Shown here: one piece after another, positions 14,557 to 29,114 of the stretch | How the letters are laid out: each line of letters starts with the position of its first letter | Numbering within the stretch: position 1 is the first letter of the stretch | NCBI GenBank assembly: GCA_951406725.2 | Contig: OX597818.1 | Span: forward strand, 34,162,001-34,226,000 | Source of the DNA: Octopus vulgaris | Lineage: Eukaryota | Reading direction: 5' to 3' | DNA length: 64,000 nucleotides | Notes under the pieces: model-generated | Seen by the model: only the letters and a program-made list of their open reading frames with translations | The model's database searches: none | Told to the model about the DNA's origin: nothing | Made by a program: the position numbers and the translations under genes

Positions 14557-14940
14557 TCAGAAAACAATAATAAATCTCTGAACGAGATATAAACAGTAAC
14601 CGCTCGACAACGTAAGGGGTATTAGCCATCTGAATGTGGCTAGCCACTATGGAGGGGGGGGTTACTGATGCTTTTAGCCCCAGGCGATCAACGTCACCAG
14701 AAGGACTTTAGACACTATCTCAGTGGTTTTCTTTCTAGTCGGTTAGCTAGCTAATAAGTGGATGTTGACTGACAACGTGGTGCAGGCCACCGGTTGGTTC
14801 ACTGGTGGGTTTGTTGAATATTTTTCTGACCAGTTGATTAGCTGAATGGTCAGTTTCTAAGATCAGTCATGTTATTTCCAAGGGAGAGAGAGTGAAGCAT
14901 TCTCTTGCTTTACTGCTTGCATTGCTAGTGATGTCATCAC

Positions 14941-14971
<31 letters not shown>

Positions 14972-15110
14972 CAAGAGGCCATTTTACAGATTTGCCTGTC
15001 ATTTCACTTGACAAATTGGGGAAGATTTGTCTAAAATTAAACCGCCACTTCTCACCCATTTCGTGCAAACTCCTCTTTGATTTTTGCTTTTACACGGATG
15101 TGTGTGTGTA

Positions 15111-15153
<43 letters not shown>

Positions 15154-15193
15154 GTGTGTGTGTGTGTACGCGTATATATGTGCCCGTGTGTGT

Positions 15194-15247
<54 letters not shown>

Positions 15248-15497
15248 TCTGGTGTAGCAACATCACTTGTAGTAGTAGTAGCAGCAGCAGCAGCAATAGT
15301 AGTAGTAGCAGTAGTATTTTTTGTTGTTGTTGTTGTTGCTGCTGCTTTTGTTCTCGTTTACTGCTGCTTCAAATATTGTGTTTATTTTCTTTCTCTTTCT
15401 CTCCTTTCTCTCCTTTCTCTCTTTCTCTCTCCCTCTTTTTCTCTTTTCTCTCTTTCTCTCTCCCTTTTTTTCTCTCTCTCTCTTTCTCCCTTTTCTT

Positions 15498-15553
<56 letters not shown>

Positions 15554-15719
15554 TCACTCTCTCTCTCTCGTTCTCTCTTTCTCATTCTCCTTTCTTTTTT
15601 ACGCTTATTTTCCACATAATACATTCACTTGACCTTGTCACTCTTCTGATCGGATACAAGATAAATGAAGCAGCACCATCCAGCTATGTACAATACATAG
15701 GACGAATTCGGGGAATACA

Positions 15720-16385
15720 CTCTTCTCGTGATGACGACGACGATGTTGATGATGACGATGGTGATGATGATAATGATGATAATGACAGCGACAGCGGCGG
15801 CGGCGGCTGCGGTGATGGTGGTGGTGGCGGTGGTGGTGGTAGTGGTGGTGGTGGTGGTGGTGGTGATGGTGGTATAAAAGTAGAGGAGGAGGAGATGATA
15901 GAAGGGGAGGAGGAAGAGGAGGTGATGGAAGAGGAGGTGATGGAAGAGGAGGAAGAGGAAGGGGAAGGGAGGAGGTAGAAGAGAAGGTGGAAGGGGAGGA
16001 GGAAGAGAAGGAGGCGGTGGAAGAGGATGAAGAGGAGGAAGAAGAGAAGGTGGAAGAGGAAGAGGTGGTAGAAGGGGAGGAGGAAGAGGAGGTGGTGGAA
16101 GAATGGGAGGAGGAAGAGGAGGTGGTGGAAAAGGTGGAAGAGGAAGGGAAGGGAGGAGGTGGAAGAGGAGGAGGTAGGAGAGGATGTAGAAGAAGGAAGA
16201 TGGGGAGGAAGAAGAGGGGAAGGGGAGGAAGAATAGAATGAGTGGAGGAGCAAGATGAAGACAAGGAGCAAGATGAGGAGGAAGAGGAGGCGGATGAGGA
16301 CGTGGGAGAGGAAGACGAGGACGAGGAGAAGGAGGACGAGGAGGGAGAGGAGGAGGACAACGACGACGACGACGACGACGCTGAC
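15720..16385. repeat. compound triplet/purine-rich low-complexity tract
   Basis: Consecutive (GAT)n, (GGT)n, (GAG/GAA)n and (GAC)n arrays. Confidence 0.9.
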
Positions 16386-16489
16386 TTGGTCATAGCTCTG
16401 TTACCGTTATTGTTACATCTATTTTTGCTAATGCTGCTGCTTCTGCTGTTGTTTAACCACGGTTGAGTTACGACTGAGCAGACCTCTCT

Positions 16490-16639
16490 TTTTCTCGTTT
16501 ACTTGTTTCAGTCATTTGACGGTAGCCATGCTGGAGCAAATCGACCCCAAGATGTTATTCTTTGTAAGCCTAGTACCTATTCTGTCGGTCTGTTGCCGAA
16601 CCGCTAAGTTACGGGGAGAAACACAGACACACAAACATA

Positions 16640-16721
<82 letters not shown>

Positions 16722-16894
16722 CATATATACGACGGGCTTCTTTCAGTTTCCGTCTACCAAATCTACTCACAAGGCTTTAGTCAGCCCGAAGCTATAGTAG
16801 AAGACACTTGATCAAGGTACCACGCAATGGAACTGAACCCAGAACCATGTGGTTGGTAAGCAAGCTACTTACCACAGATCCTCTCCTAGGCCTA
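16490..16894 (-). mobile_element. SINE family A
   Basis: Reverse copy with tail, internal (CA)n and head. Confidence 0.85.
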
Positions 16895-17166
16895 TAAAGT
16901 ATTCTAACCGTGACCTTCCCGTTTACGAATATAGCTAGAAGTACCATAATCTAAACAATCCCTCTTTACCACGGTGTGGAATGGATCTGATGAAATTTGA
17001 CTGCTATTTCTAACAAATCTAGTTAGAGACATAGAGGCACCCTACTTGGCACGTGTTATCGTTGTTTTTGTTGTTATTTTATATATTTATTGATTGATTC
17101 ATGCAGACGTTTTGTATGATTGGCTGATTGTGTTTGTGGATACGTGAGTGTGTGTGTGTGCGTGTG

Positions 17167-17199
<33 letters not shown>

Positions 17200-17337
17200 G
17201 TATATGTGTGTGTGTGTATGTGTGTGTGCGTGTGTGTGTGTGTATGTGTGTGTGTGTGTGTGTGTGTATGTGTGTGTATATGTGTGTGTGTATGTGTGTG
17301 TGCGTGTGTGTGTGTGTGTGTGTGTGCGTGTGTGTGT

Positions 17338-17379
<42 letters not shown>

Positions 17380-17956
17380 ATGGATGGATGAGGCAACAGA
17401 GAAATGTGGCTGGGTGGGTCCGCGGTGTGCAGATGCTGCATGGAGATAATGAGATATAATCTTGCACGGCGATCTTTTGTCTCTAAACGACACGCTTAAA
17501 AGTTCAGTCAGTCAACATCCACCGTCGCATCCTTATCACCCCTATCACTAAGCAAATAAGAAAAAAAAAACCACCACTACTACCACCACCACCACATCCC
17601 CCAACCAAGAACCTCACCACCAACACCAATTCCCCCCCACCAGCACTGCCATCGCCACCACTCTGAAGGGCAGAAGTACCAGGTCTGGCATTAAACCTAA
17701 ACACCACGCCATCAAGTTATTGTATTATGTGACTGACGCGTTGCCTACTTTGCTATCGACCCAATCAGAGTCTCTATGTGGTAACACAGCATGCTAGAAG
17801 TAGCAGTTAGAACTTCCTCAGTTATAAGCATTTGTATCTATAAAAAAACTGACGTTAGATAATGAGGAAAGAGATGGCCATGACTAGAATTGCTTTCGAT
17901 CATAGGTTTGCTCGGTCAGGGATAACTTTGGATTAAACAACTCTGATAGCAACGAT

Positions 17957-18190
17957 ACCTATTTCTTTACTGCCCACTAGGGGCTACACGCAGAGGGAAC
18001 AAACAAGGATAGACAAACGGAGTGAGTCGATTACATCGACCCCAGTGCGTAACTGGTACTTAATTTATCGACTCCGAAAGGATGAAAGGCAAAGTCGGCC
18101 TCGGTGGAATTTGAACTCAGAACGTAACGGCAGACGAAATACCGCTAAGCATTATCGCTCGGCGGGCTCACGATTCTGCCAGCTCGCCAC
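17957..18190 (-). mobile_element. SINE family B
   Basis: Full reverse copy, with CGATACC on both flanks as a possible TSD. Confidence 0.8.
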
Positions 18191-18287
18191 GATACCATCA
18201 ATGAGACAATGAAGAACTTTCTCTGTGTTTATTTGAGCGAATAAAATAGCAGCCAAACCTCCTCAAATCACACCTTCCCGTCTTAAA

Positions 18288-18432
18288 CAGTAGCGTAGCT
18301 ACAGGGTGGTGACTGGGCGGTCCTCCCCAGGTGACTTTTATCGCGGTGCCACTTATTAGATTACCTTATTAGCCCTGTATAAGCTTGGGGTTTCAAACTA
18401 GCCCGGGTGGCAGATACTTGAGCTATTCCACT
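18288..18432. mobile_element. short hAT-like MITE, decayed
   Basis: Ends CAGTAGCGTAGCT and AGCTATTCCACT, an imperfect CAGTGGCGTAGCT-type TIR. Confidence 0.5.
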
Positions 18433-18834
18433 TAGGATAATTTAGATCTAGGTGTACAATGTGAGAATATAAGACTGGTTGCTCATGGCTGGAGCTCTGT
18501 TCATCATTGACCAGTCCGATCATGGTTGACCTCTGACTAAACAAGAACAGCGGCACCTTTGCTTTTTAACCTAGTGTCACCAATAATGTTACCATCAAAA
18601 CTACCATTATTGCTACCAAACAGTTTAGTCACCCTTATGAAATACGACTGATTTAACCTAATACCAACGAGATACATATATCTCCATATAGTCACTGGAA
18701 GTGTAATGCGAGAAACAGCAGCTTAATCGCTTTTAATCTTCGTTCTCTGTTTTATAATGTGAGAAACATTGGAGTACATCTGAAAAAAAAATGGTCGTAT
18801 GATCGTTATTGGAATCGGTTTTTCTTTTTCTTTT

Positions 18835-19105
18835 CTGGCCAATAGGCCAGATATAGTTATTAGAGACCATGAAGAAAAAAGTGCTTTCTAATTGGTGTAT
18901 CAATGACAACGTTTCTCTGAAAGAAATGGAGAAACTTTCAAAATACAAAGACCTGGAAATAGAGGAAAATCAAATGTGGAATCTAAAAACAGAAACAATT
19001 CCTATCATAGTAGGCGCATTAGGTATGATAAAAAAAATATGCAAACAAATACATAACAAAAGCAACAGGACTTACATCTATACACAACATACAGAAAATT
19101 ACTGT
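18835..19105 (+). pseudogene. 3' fragment of an R4/Dong-like non-LTR retrotransposon (restriction-like endonuclease region)
   Basis: Frameshifted peptides ANRPDIVIRDHEEK and EMEKLSKYKDLEIEENQMWNLKTETIPIIVGALG match the RPD...K..KY..L...GALG motif of RLE-clade LINEs. Confidence 0.75.
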
Positions 19106-19389
19106 TTAAACCATGTTTGTGTTCTCCTAGTCAACAGCCTTATCATACTTTAACTCTTCGGTTGCATATTTGTGTGAATAATATCGTTTTTCTTTTGAAT
19201 AGAAAAAAGTCTATCTTCATTTCTTCTTTTGCTGGTGTCTCAAATTTAGGTTAAATCAATGTTTCTCAAAGGGGAGGCCCATGGGACGGTCGGACAGGTT
19301 GTTTTGAAAAAATTTGGTTTAAATGTTTGACAACTCAGCACCGTCCATTGCACGGGGGGCGTTTTGTTCGTATATATATATACGATTTT

Positions 19390-19449
19390 GGGGAGACAAA
19401 CACAGACACACAAACATATACACACACAAACATACATATACACACACAA

Positions 19450-19530
<81 letters not shown>

Positions 19531-19692
19531 TACGACAGGCTTCTTTCAGTTTCCGTCTACCAAATCCACTCACAAGGCTTTGGTCGGCCCGAGGCTATAG
19601 TAGAAGACACTTGCCCAAGGTGCCACTCAGTGGGACTGAACCTGGAACCATGTGGTTGGTAAGCAACCTACTTACCACACAGCCACTCCTGT
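19390..19692 (-). mobile_element. SINE family A (head half)
   Basis: ACGACAGGCTTCTTTCAGTTTCCGTCTACC...ACCACACAGCCACTCCTG. Confidence 0.8.
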
Positions 19693-19945
19693 ATTATTTT
19701 TGAACAAGAATATTATTAACAATGACTTCGACCACTCAACCATTCTAGAACGGCGGTAGACACAGTCAACAGCATTCTTGTTTAAGAATAATAAATTTGT
19801 ATTCTACAAGAGTATAGAATAACCCATCAGATTAATGTAAACTTGGTTTTATTATTACTGAACATGCAAACAGACATTAATGTGTGTGTTTGTGTTGCAA
19901 ACAGATATTATTGTGTGTGTTTCTGTGTGTGTGTCTGTGTGTGTG

Positions 19946-20024
<79 letters not shown>

Positions 20025-20291
20025 GAAGGCGCGTGGCCTAGTGGTTAGGCTGTCGCAACTCCCGATCGCTAGATCGTGGGTTTCACTCCTTGATTCAATC
20101 AGGGTGGGGGAAAGAGAATGTTGGCCGGCTCGCCTAACAAGCGAGGTGACGTCATTTGAAGGCTAAAACAATGCAAAGGCGCATTGTGACCAGCGATGTG
20201 TAACACCACTTGACAGTTTGGTGAGTCACGTAATCACATGATATATATAATTCTGTGTGTGTGTATGTATGTATGTATGTATGTATGTATG

Positions 20292-20371
<80 letters not shown>

Positions 20372-20649
20372 TGTATGTATTTTTGGCGGGCTTCTACACA
20401 GTTTTGATCGACCAAATTCAACTGGAAGTTATAATTAAAGTCACTTGCCCAATGTGCCGAGCAGTTGTGATCAATCCGAAATCACGTGGTAGCAAAGTGA
20501 GCTTCTGAACCACAAAGCCATATTATTTCTGTATTATAAACGAGGTGGTCATGGGTGGGATGCCTTGATCATATGTCAGCTCCATCAAAGCTGATCGAGA
20601 ACTAAACACCAACAACAAAAGCATTAAATATGATCTCAATCATCAATAG

Positions 20650-21590
20650 AGCCGCCATTGTTATTTTTACTATCATCAACACCACCACCACCAGCACTAC
20701 GATCACTAACACTACACCGCCACCACTTCTGCTATCGGTGACTACATCAATACCAATATTGATATCGCCACCACCACCACCACCACCGCGGAGTCATCAC
20801 CAAATCACCATCCTTTATCCGCTATCATTATATTAAGCACTACCACCAAGTACTACCACCAGCACAACCACCGCCACTTCACCCACCACCACCACCATCA
20901 CTTCCACCACCATAACCAACTCCCCTAGTCATCAACAATACAGTCATGGTAATTACACTGAAACAAACACATCCATCAACGCCGCCGCTAACACCACCCC
21001 GACCGTGACCACCACCGACAACACTACTACCAGCTCCACCGCCACCAGCGTCACCCCCACCAGAACCACCACCACTACAGCCACCAACACCACTGCCACC
21101 AACACCACATCCACCACCACCACAGCCACCAACACCAGAGCCATCAACACCAGAACCACCAACAATAGACCCACCACCACCACCTCTAGCGCCACCATCA
21201 ACACAAGGACCACTACTATCACCACTATAACCACCACCATTAACATCATCATCATCATCACCACCGCCATAGCTCTAACGATCGCAAAGATTACTGTCAT
21301 AAACAACAGACATTAACACCACAACACTTCCCCTACCACCAACACCACCACCACAACCACTACTACTATCACCACTACCACCACCATCACCACTACCACC
21401 GACACCACCACCACCACCATCACACTCGCTGTCAATACAACAACCACCCCGCCCTTTGCCTTCATGAAAAGAACAGCTAATGTCACCAATGTCACAATTA
21501 TTCTCACCCTTACTACAACCGTGGCCATCACCACAGCCATTAACACGTTTATCATCATCATCATTACCATCCTCACCGCTGGCGTCTTGC
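20650..21590. repeat. decayed (ACC/ATC)n triplet tract
   Basis: Degenerate ACC, ACT and ATC arrays. The resulting ORFs are poly-T or poly-V. Confidence 0.85.
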
Positions 21591-21878
21591 GTGTTCGCTC
21601 AGCCTGCAAGAAATACCAGCTAAATCTCGCTGAAATAGTAGTTTAATGTCTGTTAAAATAAATGTAAACCAGGTTCATACTGGTACACACAGGTGTAGGA
21701 GTGGCTGTGTGGTACGTAGCTTGCTTACCAACCACATGGTTTCGGGTTCAGCCCCACTGCGTAGCACCTTGGGAAAATGCTTTCTACTGTAACCTCAGGC
21801 CGACCAAAGCCTTGTGAGTGGATTTGGTACACGGAAACTGAAAGAAGCCCGTCGTGTATGTATATATGCAGCACGGAC

Positions 21879-21928
21879 TTTGTCAGTGAACAGGTCGCGG
21901 ATTTTAGCGACGAAAATATTTTGACAAA
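21879..21928 (+). ncRNA. type I hammerhead fold with G3:C8 compensatory core
   Basis: UUUGUCA GUGAACA G GUCGC ggauuuua GCGAC GAA AAUAUU U UGACAAA: 7-bp stem I, 5-bp stem II and palindromic helix III. Confidence 0.6.
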
Positions 21929-22067
21929 TTAAACTTAAATGTTGAAGTGAATCGAACGGCTTTTGTGTGTTTCTTAAATGGCTTATAAACACCTTCCACG
22001 CTGCAATTGTTTTCGTTTCAGCACACGATCTCAGATCAAATTACTTGCTATGCGAGTACATCTCCGT

Positions 22068-22656
<589 letters not shown>

Positions 22657-23029
22657 GTGTGTGTATATGTGTGTCTGTGTTTGTCCCCACAACATCGCTT
22701 AACAACCGATGTTAGTGCGTTTACGTCCCCGTAAGCTATCGGTTCGGCATAAGATACCGATAGAATAAGTATTATGCTTACAAAGAGTAAGTCCTGTAGT
22801 CGATTTGCTCGACAAAAGGCGGTGCTCCAGCACTGCCGCAGTCAAATGACTAAAACAAGTAAAAGATTAAAAGAATAATAAAAAGCCAAGCTGTGATGGT
22901 CACGGCTGGAATTATGTTGATGACAGGCTTATTTCGTCAGGATTTGATCAGAACGGGTCATAGCGAAGCAACAACAGCTGCTAATTGATTATCCTTATTT
23001 CAAACCTTCCCTCCCCACCCCCACGAGGC

Positions 23030-23347
23030 CACCAAATCCATTATCACTATTAGCAACAGTATCATCATCATCGTCATCATCATCATCTTGTTCCCCCTCC
23101 TCCTCTTTATCATCATCATCGTCACTATCTCTTTCATCATTACCATCATCATCATCATTATCAGAATTAGCATCATCATCATCATCCTGTTCCCCTTCCT
23201 CATCTTTATTATCATCATCCCCGTCGTCATCATCATCGCAATCGACATCAACATCACTATCAACATTACCATCATCATCATCATCCTGTTTTCCTCTTCC
23301 TTCTTGTCATCACCATCATCATCATTATCATCATTGTCATCATCATT

Positions 23348-23379
<32 letters not shown>

Positions 23380-23462
23380 TATCACATCATCATCCTGTTC
23401 CCCCTCCTCCTCTTTATCATCATCATCATCATCGTTATCAACATTACGATCACCATCATCAT

Positions 23463-23496
<34 letters not shown>

Positions 23497-24645
23497 GTTG
23501 TCGTCGTCGTCGTCGTCACGCCATGATAATCATTATCATTATTGCAATCACGATTACCACAACCACATTCATCACCGCCATTACCACTATTCATCATCAT
23601 CGTCATCATCATCATCATCACCTTTAACAACAGCAACAACAATCAACACAATATCATTTGCATGCATCACTGGCAATATTAACACCACCACCACCACTAC
23701 CACCACCAAAAACAACAGCTTCCCCACCAACACCATTACCAAAATGAAACAACAACCCCCCTCCCCCCATCATTATCATCGCCATCAGCAACAACTACAA
23801 CCACTACTATCATCACCGCCACCACCATTGCTGCTACAAATACCAACCCCGGCACCACCACCGACACCACTGCAGAACGACTGCCGTCATCACCATACAA
23901 AGACACTGCCCCCGCCATCTTTTAAAAACTATAGGCTTTATCATTACCAACAACAACAACAACAACACCATCACCAACAATAGCTTTTCCACTGTAACCA
24001 CCACTACTACTATAACTACCGCTTCCGTCGCCGCGACCACCACCACTACCACAACAACCTCTACTTGGGAAAACCAACACGCTATCACCAATATTAGACG
24101 CTTTATCATTAGCAACAGCGACTAAAGCGCCACCACAACAACCACCACCAATACCAAGCCACTACAACCACCCCTCGCTACCACCAGCATCATCAGCCAG
24201 CCCCCACGACCAACACCACCGCAACTGCCTCCACCGTGAAAACCGTCACACCATCCCTGCTAATACTGTAATTTTTTTTAATCTTTTATCATAACCAACA
24301 ACTACATCACAAACTACAACAGCCACAACCTCCACCACCGCTACCACCACCACCACCATCACCACCACCATCACCACTGCCATCACCACCGCCACCACTC
24401 TTAGTATCACCCAAACCTCCGCTCTTTCCCTCCCTCCTCACTGAATAAAGCAGTTTATGATTCACGGTTCCGGTTCAGTACACACCTAATTAAGATAAAT
24501 GACTTTAATTTTCTGTTTTTGTTTGATATAGATATTTTTTTATATATATTTCTCTTTGCTGTACCCTCCACCCCACCTCCCCCGAATTATTTTGGTTTTT
24601 CTCCTAGAATTTGCTTCTGTAACTTTTTTCTCATTATTATTATTA

Positions 24646-24696
<51 letters not shown>

Positions 24697-24719
24697 ATCA
24701 TCATCACCACTACCACCAC

Positions 24720-24773
<54 letters not shown>

Positions 24774-24790
24774 TATTATTATTATTATCA

Positions 24791-24846
<56 letters not shown>

Positions 24847-24893
24847 ATCATCATAATCATCATCATCACCACTACCACCACCATCATCAGCAT

Positions 24894-24924
<31 letters not shown>

Positions 24925-24952
24925 AGCATCATCATCATCATCATCATCATCA

Positions 24953-24993
<41 letters not shown>

Positions 24994-25000
24994 TTATATC
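23030..25000. repeat. large compound triplet microsatellite region (ATC, ACC, ATT)
   Basis: Directly visible arrays. Confidence 0.9.
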
Positions 25001-25346
25001 GTATTGTACGTCTAAGAGACATTTTGTTATTTTATTTATTGTTTTTATTTTTTCATTCGTTGTGATTTTTTTTTCGATGTTTCTTGTAGTAAAAGAGGTG
25101 GTGAGTACGCGTGTGTAGAGAGAGTTCTTGTTCATTTTGTTGTTCTTGTTGTTGCTGCTGTTGTTGTAGTTGCTGTTGTTGCTGTTGTTGTTGCTGGTGG
25201 TGGTGTTAACATTCATCATTATTGTAATTGTACTCGTTGCTGTCTCATATATATATATATATATATACACACCCATAGAATACACACACACACATGCGTG
25301 TGTATATATATATCTATATATATATATACCTATATATAATTACATG

Positions 25347-25427
<81 letters not shown>

Positions 25428-25488
25428 CATATATATTTACATGATTAGAAATATATATATATACATACATACATACATACATGGACGG

Positions 25489-25559
<71 letters not shown>

Positions 25560-25584
25560 CATATAAACATACGCGCACACACAT

Positions 25585-25618
<34 letters not shown>

Positions 25619-25957
25619 ATTCATAATTAGTTAACGTTATTTCCAAAGTACTCGTATGTTGTTCTCGTTGTTACTCTTCCAGTTCTTTCAGTTTTTCATC
25701 TTTTTTTTTTTTTGGTTAATTATTTCTTCTAATTTTATTACATTTTTTTTTTTGTTACTTTCTCTTTTTCTCATCAGCTTTGCACGCCGAGATACAGGTG
25801 GTGCAGTATGTATGCAACGCGCAGTTTTATTTATTTTTTTTTTTATTTTTATCATGCATGCATGCTTGCATGCATATATATATTTCAATCGATCACAACA
25901 GATGCAAGCAAATTAATTTTTAAGGTACACTACACTCTACCAATATTAGTCTCAACG

Positions 25958-25990
<33 letters not shown>

Positions 25991-26217
25991 CCGTCATCGT
26001 CGTCGTCATTATCGTTATCATCATCATCATCATCATAATCGTTGCCGTCATCAGCAGAAATCTTCTGTATTTTCTGCGGATGCTAGTTGAAAATGCCATA
26101 TGGCTATAATGAATTAATTAAAATATAGTACTTTTTCCAACTGCAGATGCTGCTTTAGTAGTCATCAGCAGTATCCACAATAGCTACAACAGAAATGTAT
26201 ACACGTAAGGGGTAGAT

Positions 26218-26470
26218 GGAGGCGAGTGGCTTAGTGGTTAGGGTGTTGGACTCATGGTCGTAAGATTGTGGGTACGATTCCTAGCACGGGCAACGCGTTG
26301 CGTTTTTAAGCCAAACACTTCATTTCATGTTGCTCCAGTCCACTAAGCTGGCAAAAAAGAGTAATCATGTGAAGGTCCAGTGTCCCGTCCAGGTTGGGAA
26401 TGTATATGCAATGGAAACCGGGAAACCAGCCATTATGAGTCGGTATGACACGGGAAGGTAACCTTACCTT
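26218..26470 (+). mobile_element. diverged tRNA-derived SINE
   Basis: Head GGAGGCGAGTGGCTTAGTGGTTAGGG...GGTACGATTCC. The GTCCCGTCCAGG segment resembles that in 53620-53929. Confidence 0.65.
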
Positions 26471-27965
26471 TTGGGTAAGATGCCGAAATATTTTGTTTTA
26501 AATATTTTCATAGTTTTCAGATGCAAGGGACGTGATTTGTCACTGGACTTACAAGATTTAAATCCCACAGAAGAACTTGCAGCCTGAAATACTTTTGTTT
26601 TGAAATTTCCCCATAGATTGTTTGGATCAAGATTGATACTTTCTATAGCTTCGTGGAATCTATGCAAGTTGCTTGCTAATTTAAAGCTTGCAACAATTAA
26701 CTTTTTCGGTACCTTAGTGCCAGACTGTCGACTTTTAGACATTATCGAAAAATTCATTTTTCCACGCACTCAACGATGGTCAGTCCAGCTCTCTGCCCGA
26801 CCACTAGAAATATTTTTCATATCACGCTTTCTGATCAAAATATGATCTATGGGATGCCAGTCCTTAGATCTTGGGTGCATCCAGGTAGTTTTATATTTAT
26901 TTTCCTGCTTAAACGATATGTTAGTAACAACCAGATTATTTTCAGTACAAAACGTCAAAAGAGCTACTCCATTTTTATTACATTTTCCAATCCCATGTCA
27001 GCCTAAAGCAGACCATTAAATGTAGTCATTTCCATTTCTTGCGTTAAAATCTCCCAATATGATCAGCTTGTCAAAAATTGGTACTTTCCTCAATGATAGT
27101 ACTAGATCATCATAAAGCTGTCCTGCAGTTTCAGCAGAATGGGACATTGTTGGTGCATAAATACTGACAATGGTAAGAAACCTAAATTTTGTCACTTTTA
27201 TACGACATGACATGGATCGTTCAGATACACCACTTGGAAATTCTGCAATGGTGGATACTAATGAATTCTTGGGAGCAAACCCAATACCATACTAGATTTA
27301 CCTCGCTGAACCTCAGGTAGGCCTCTCCAGAAGATAATATATCCACAAGTAGGTTCATTTATTTGACCCTCATCAGAGAGACGAGTCTCAGAGAGCGCAA
27401 CGGAATATTATTTAAGCTCACATGCAATAAGTTCAGTATGCTTTTCTATCCTTTTGTTGAAATTATCATCTAGAAGTGTGCGCACATTCCAACAGCCAAA
27501 ATTCAGAGAATGTTCATTTTTTTCTTCTTGAAAATTGTTTGACCACAGTGGCAGGATGACACACTTGGACTACTGCCGAGCCAGACTTGTTCTCTTGACG
27601 TTTCCAAGCCTTTTTTCTTTCTTTTTTTATTGCCATTTACTGAATCTGTTTGAGACACTTCAGAGTAAGTTGAAAGTGCACTTTTAGGTTTCTGCCAACC
27701 AATTCAATGATTTTACTAAGATTTGTTGTGCAAGAAGTACCTGTGCAGATGAATAATTTTCAGAGGGTGTAGCTTGCACTGCACTACCCCAAACAATTGG
27801 CCCAAGAAGACTGGCTGGTGCGACATGAAAATTGGCCCAAGAAGACAATTGGCTGGTGCGACATGAAAATTGACAAAACCGAGAATTTCTAAGGCCTCGG
27901 GTTTTATTTTGGAGATTTCCTTCTCACTAGATTACCAACCAAGGTTAAAGAGTTTCTACCTGCCC
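26470..27965 (-). pseudogene. 5' portion of an RTE-clade LINE (5' UTR plus AP-like endonuclease), disrupted
   Basis: Minus-strand peptides LNFGCWNVRTLLDD, IVSIYAPT, KLIILGDFNAR and TTWMHPRSKDWHPIDHIL, with multiple frameshifts and stops. Confidence 0.9.
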
Positions 27966-28321
27966 ATGAGGTAGTACAGAGTAAACAATCGATGACGACA
28001 GACATTAAGGGCCGTTAGGCCAAGACGAATTGTAATGGGTAATGCCTAGGAGAATTTTTGAAAGGACATAGAATAAATGGAAGAGAAAAAAAGGTATTGA
28101 GAGGCAAGAGCGGCTATCTGGACGTCGCATCCAGAAAAGAGAGACGAGAAAAATGGCCTGTAGTCATGTAGAGGGACGGGGAACACTCATGGGTTCAATT
28201 TAAAGTGCCGGACTATATGTAGTCATTATAAAATTCGGAGTATATGCAGACACTGTGGAATGCCGGACAATATGGAGACATTATACAAAGCCGGACTTTA
28301 TGTAGGCTCTATAAAAATATA

Positions 28322-28385
<64 letters not shown>

Positions 28386-28713
28386 AAAGAAAAACATTTA
28401 CGATCAGGAAAATACAAAAAAATTTATCTAAAATTTTAATCCCCTACCGCATCAAGCGAATCCGTGTGTATATGTCCGTATAAATACGAGGGTGTGCTGA
28501 AAAGATTCTGCCTTTGGGTATAAGAAAATACGGCAGGAACATGTATTATCATTTTATTTGAGATATACCCCTCTCAGATTCACTCAATTTTTCTAATCCC
28601 GGTAAAAAGAACTCGGAAGGTTGGTTGTCCAGTCAGGCGAATTGGCAAAACACATACCTTTTGTATGTGTGTTCGATACAAATATACGTAAAAAAACGCA
28701 TATGTATATATAT

Positions 28714-29114
28714 ACGATGTGTTACCGCTACTGTTTATAACTCGCTCTGAGATTTATCATTGTTTGATTTCACTTTTTCAATATCAGTGTCAAATCGACA
28801 CTGGAAAAAGTATATGTATTTGTGAAGGGATCTGACTTCTCATCGACAACCATGATTGTCACACGCTGATGAAAGGTAAACACCTTGAAACTCGGGTACG
28901 TGTGTATCATGTGTTGAAGACGGGGAGGATGACTCCCCTTCACAAATACTGACAGGACACAGATAGTGTGTCTATGGCCAGCTGGAGGAGATATCTTCCT
29001 GGGGCTACAAACTACAGTAGCATCCAACCTTATGGGTTAGCCATATTCAAATGGCAAATATGCATCACGATGTGTTACCGCTACTGTTTATAACTCGCTC
29101 TGAGATTTATCATT
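28714..29114 (+). mobile_element. retrozyme-like element: 353-bp monomer plus 48-bp terminal direct repeat
   Basis: An identical 48-mer lies at 28714-28761 and 29067-29114, with (TA)n on both flanks and an internal hammerhead. Confidence 0.7.
28847..28916 (+). ncRNA. type I hammerhead ribozyme, canonical core
   Basis: CACACG CUGAUGA AAGGU aaac ACCUU GAA ACUCGGGU A CGUGUG. Stem I extends via CAUGAU/AUCAUG and CAAC/GUUG. Predicted GUA cleavage after 28898. Confidence 0.85.

Noticed and set aside
14992-16466. 328-aa and acidic or Gly-rich ORFs
   Set aside because: They are built from consecutive unrelated simple repeats, open in several frames, with no domain or splice support.
20953-21646. 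Mucin-like Thr-rich ORFs
   Set aside because: Decayed (ACC)n tract with frequent frame breaks. Similar tracts recur at 23-24.4 kb.
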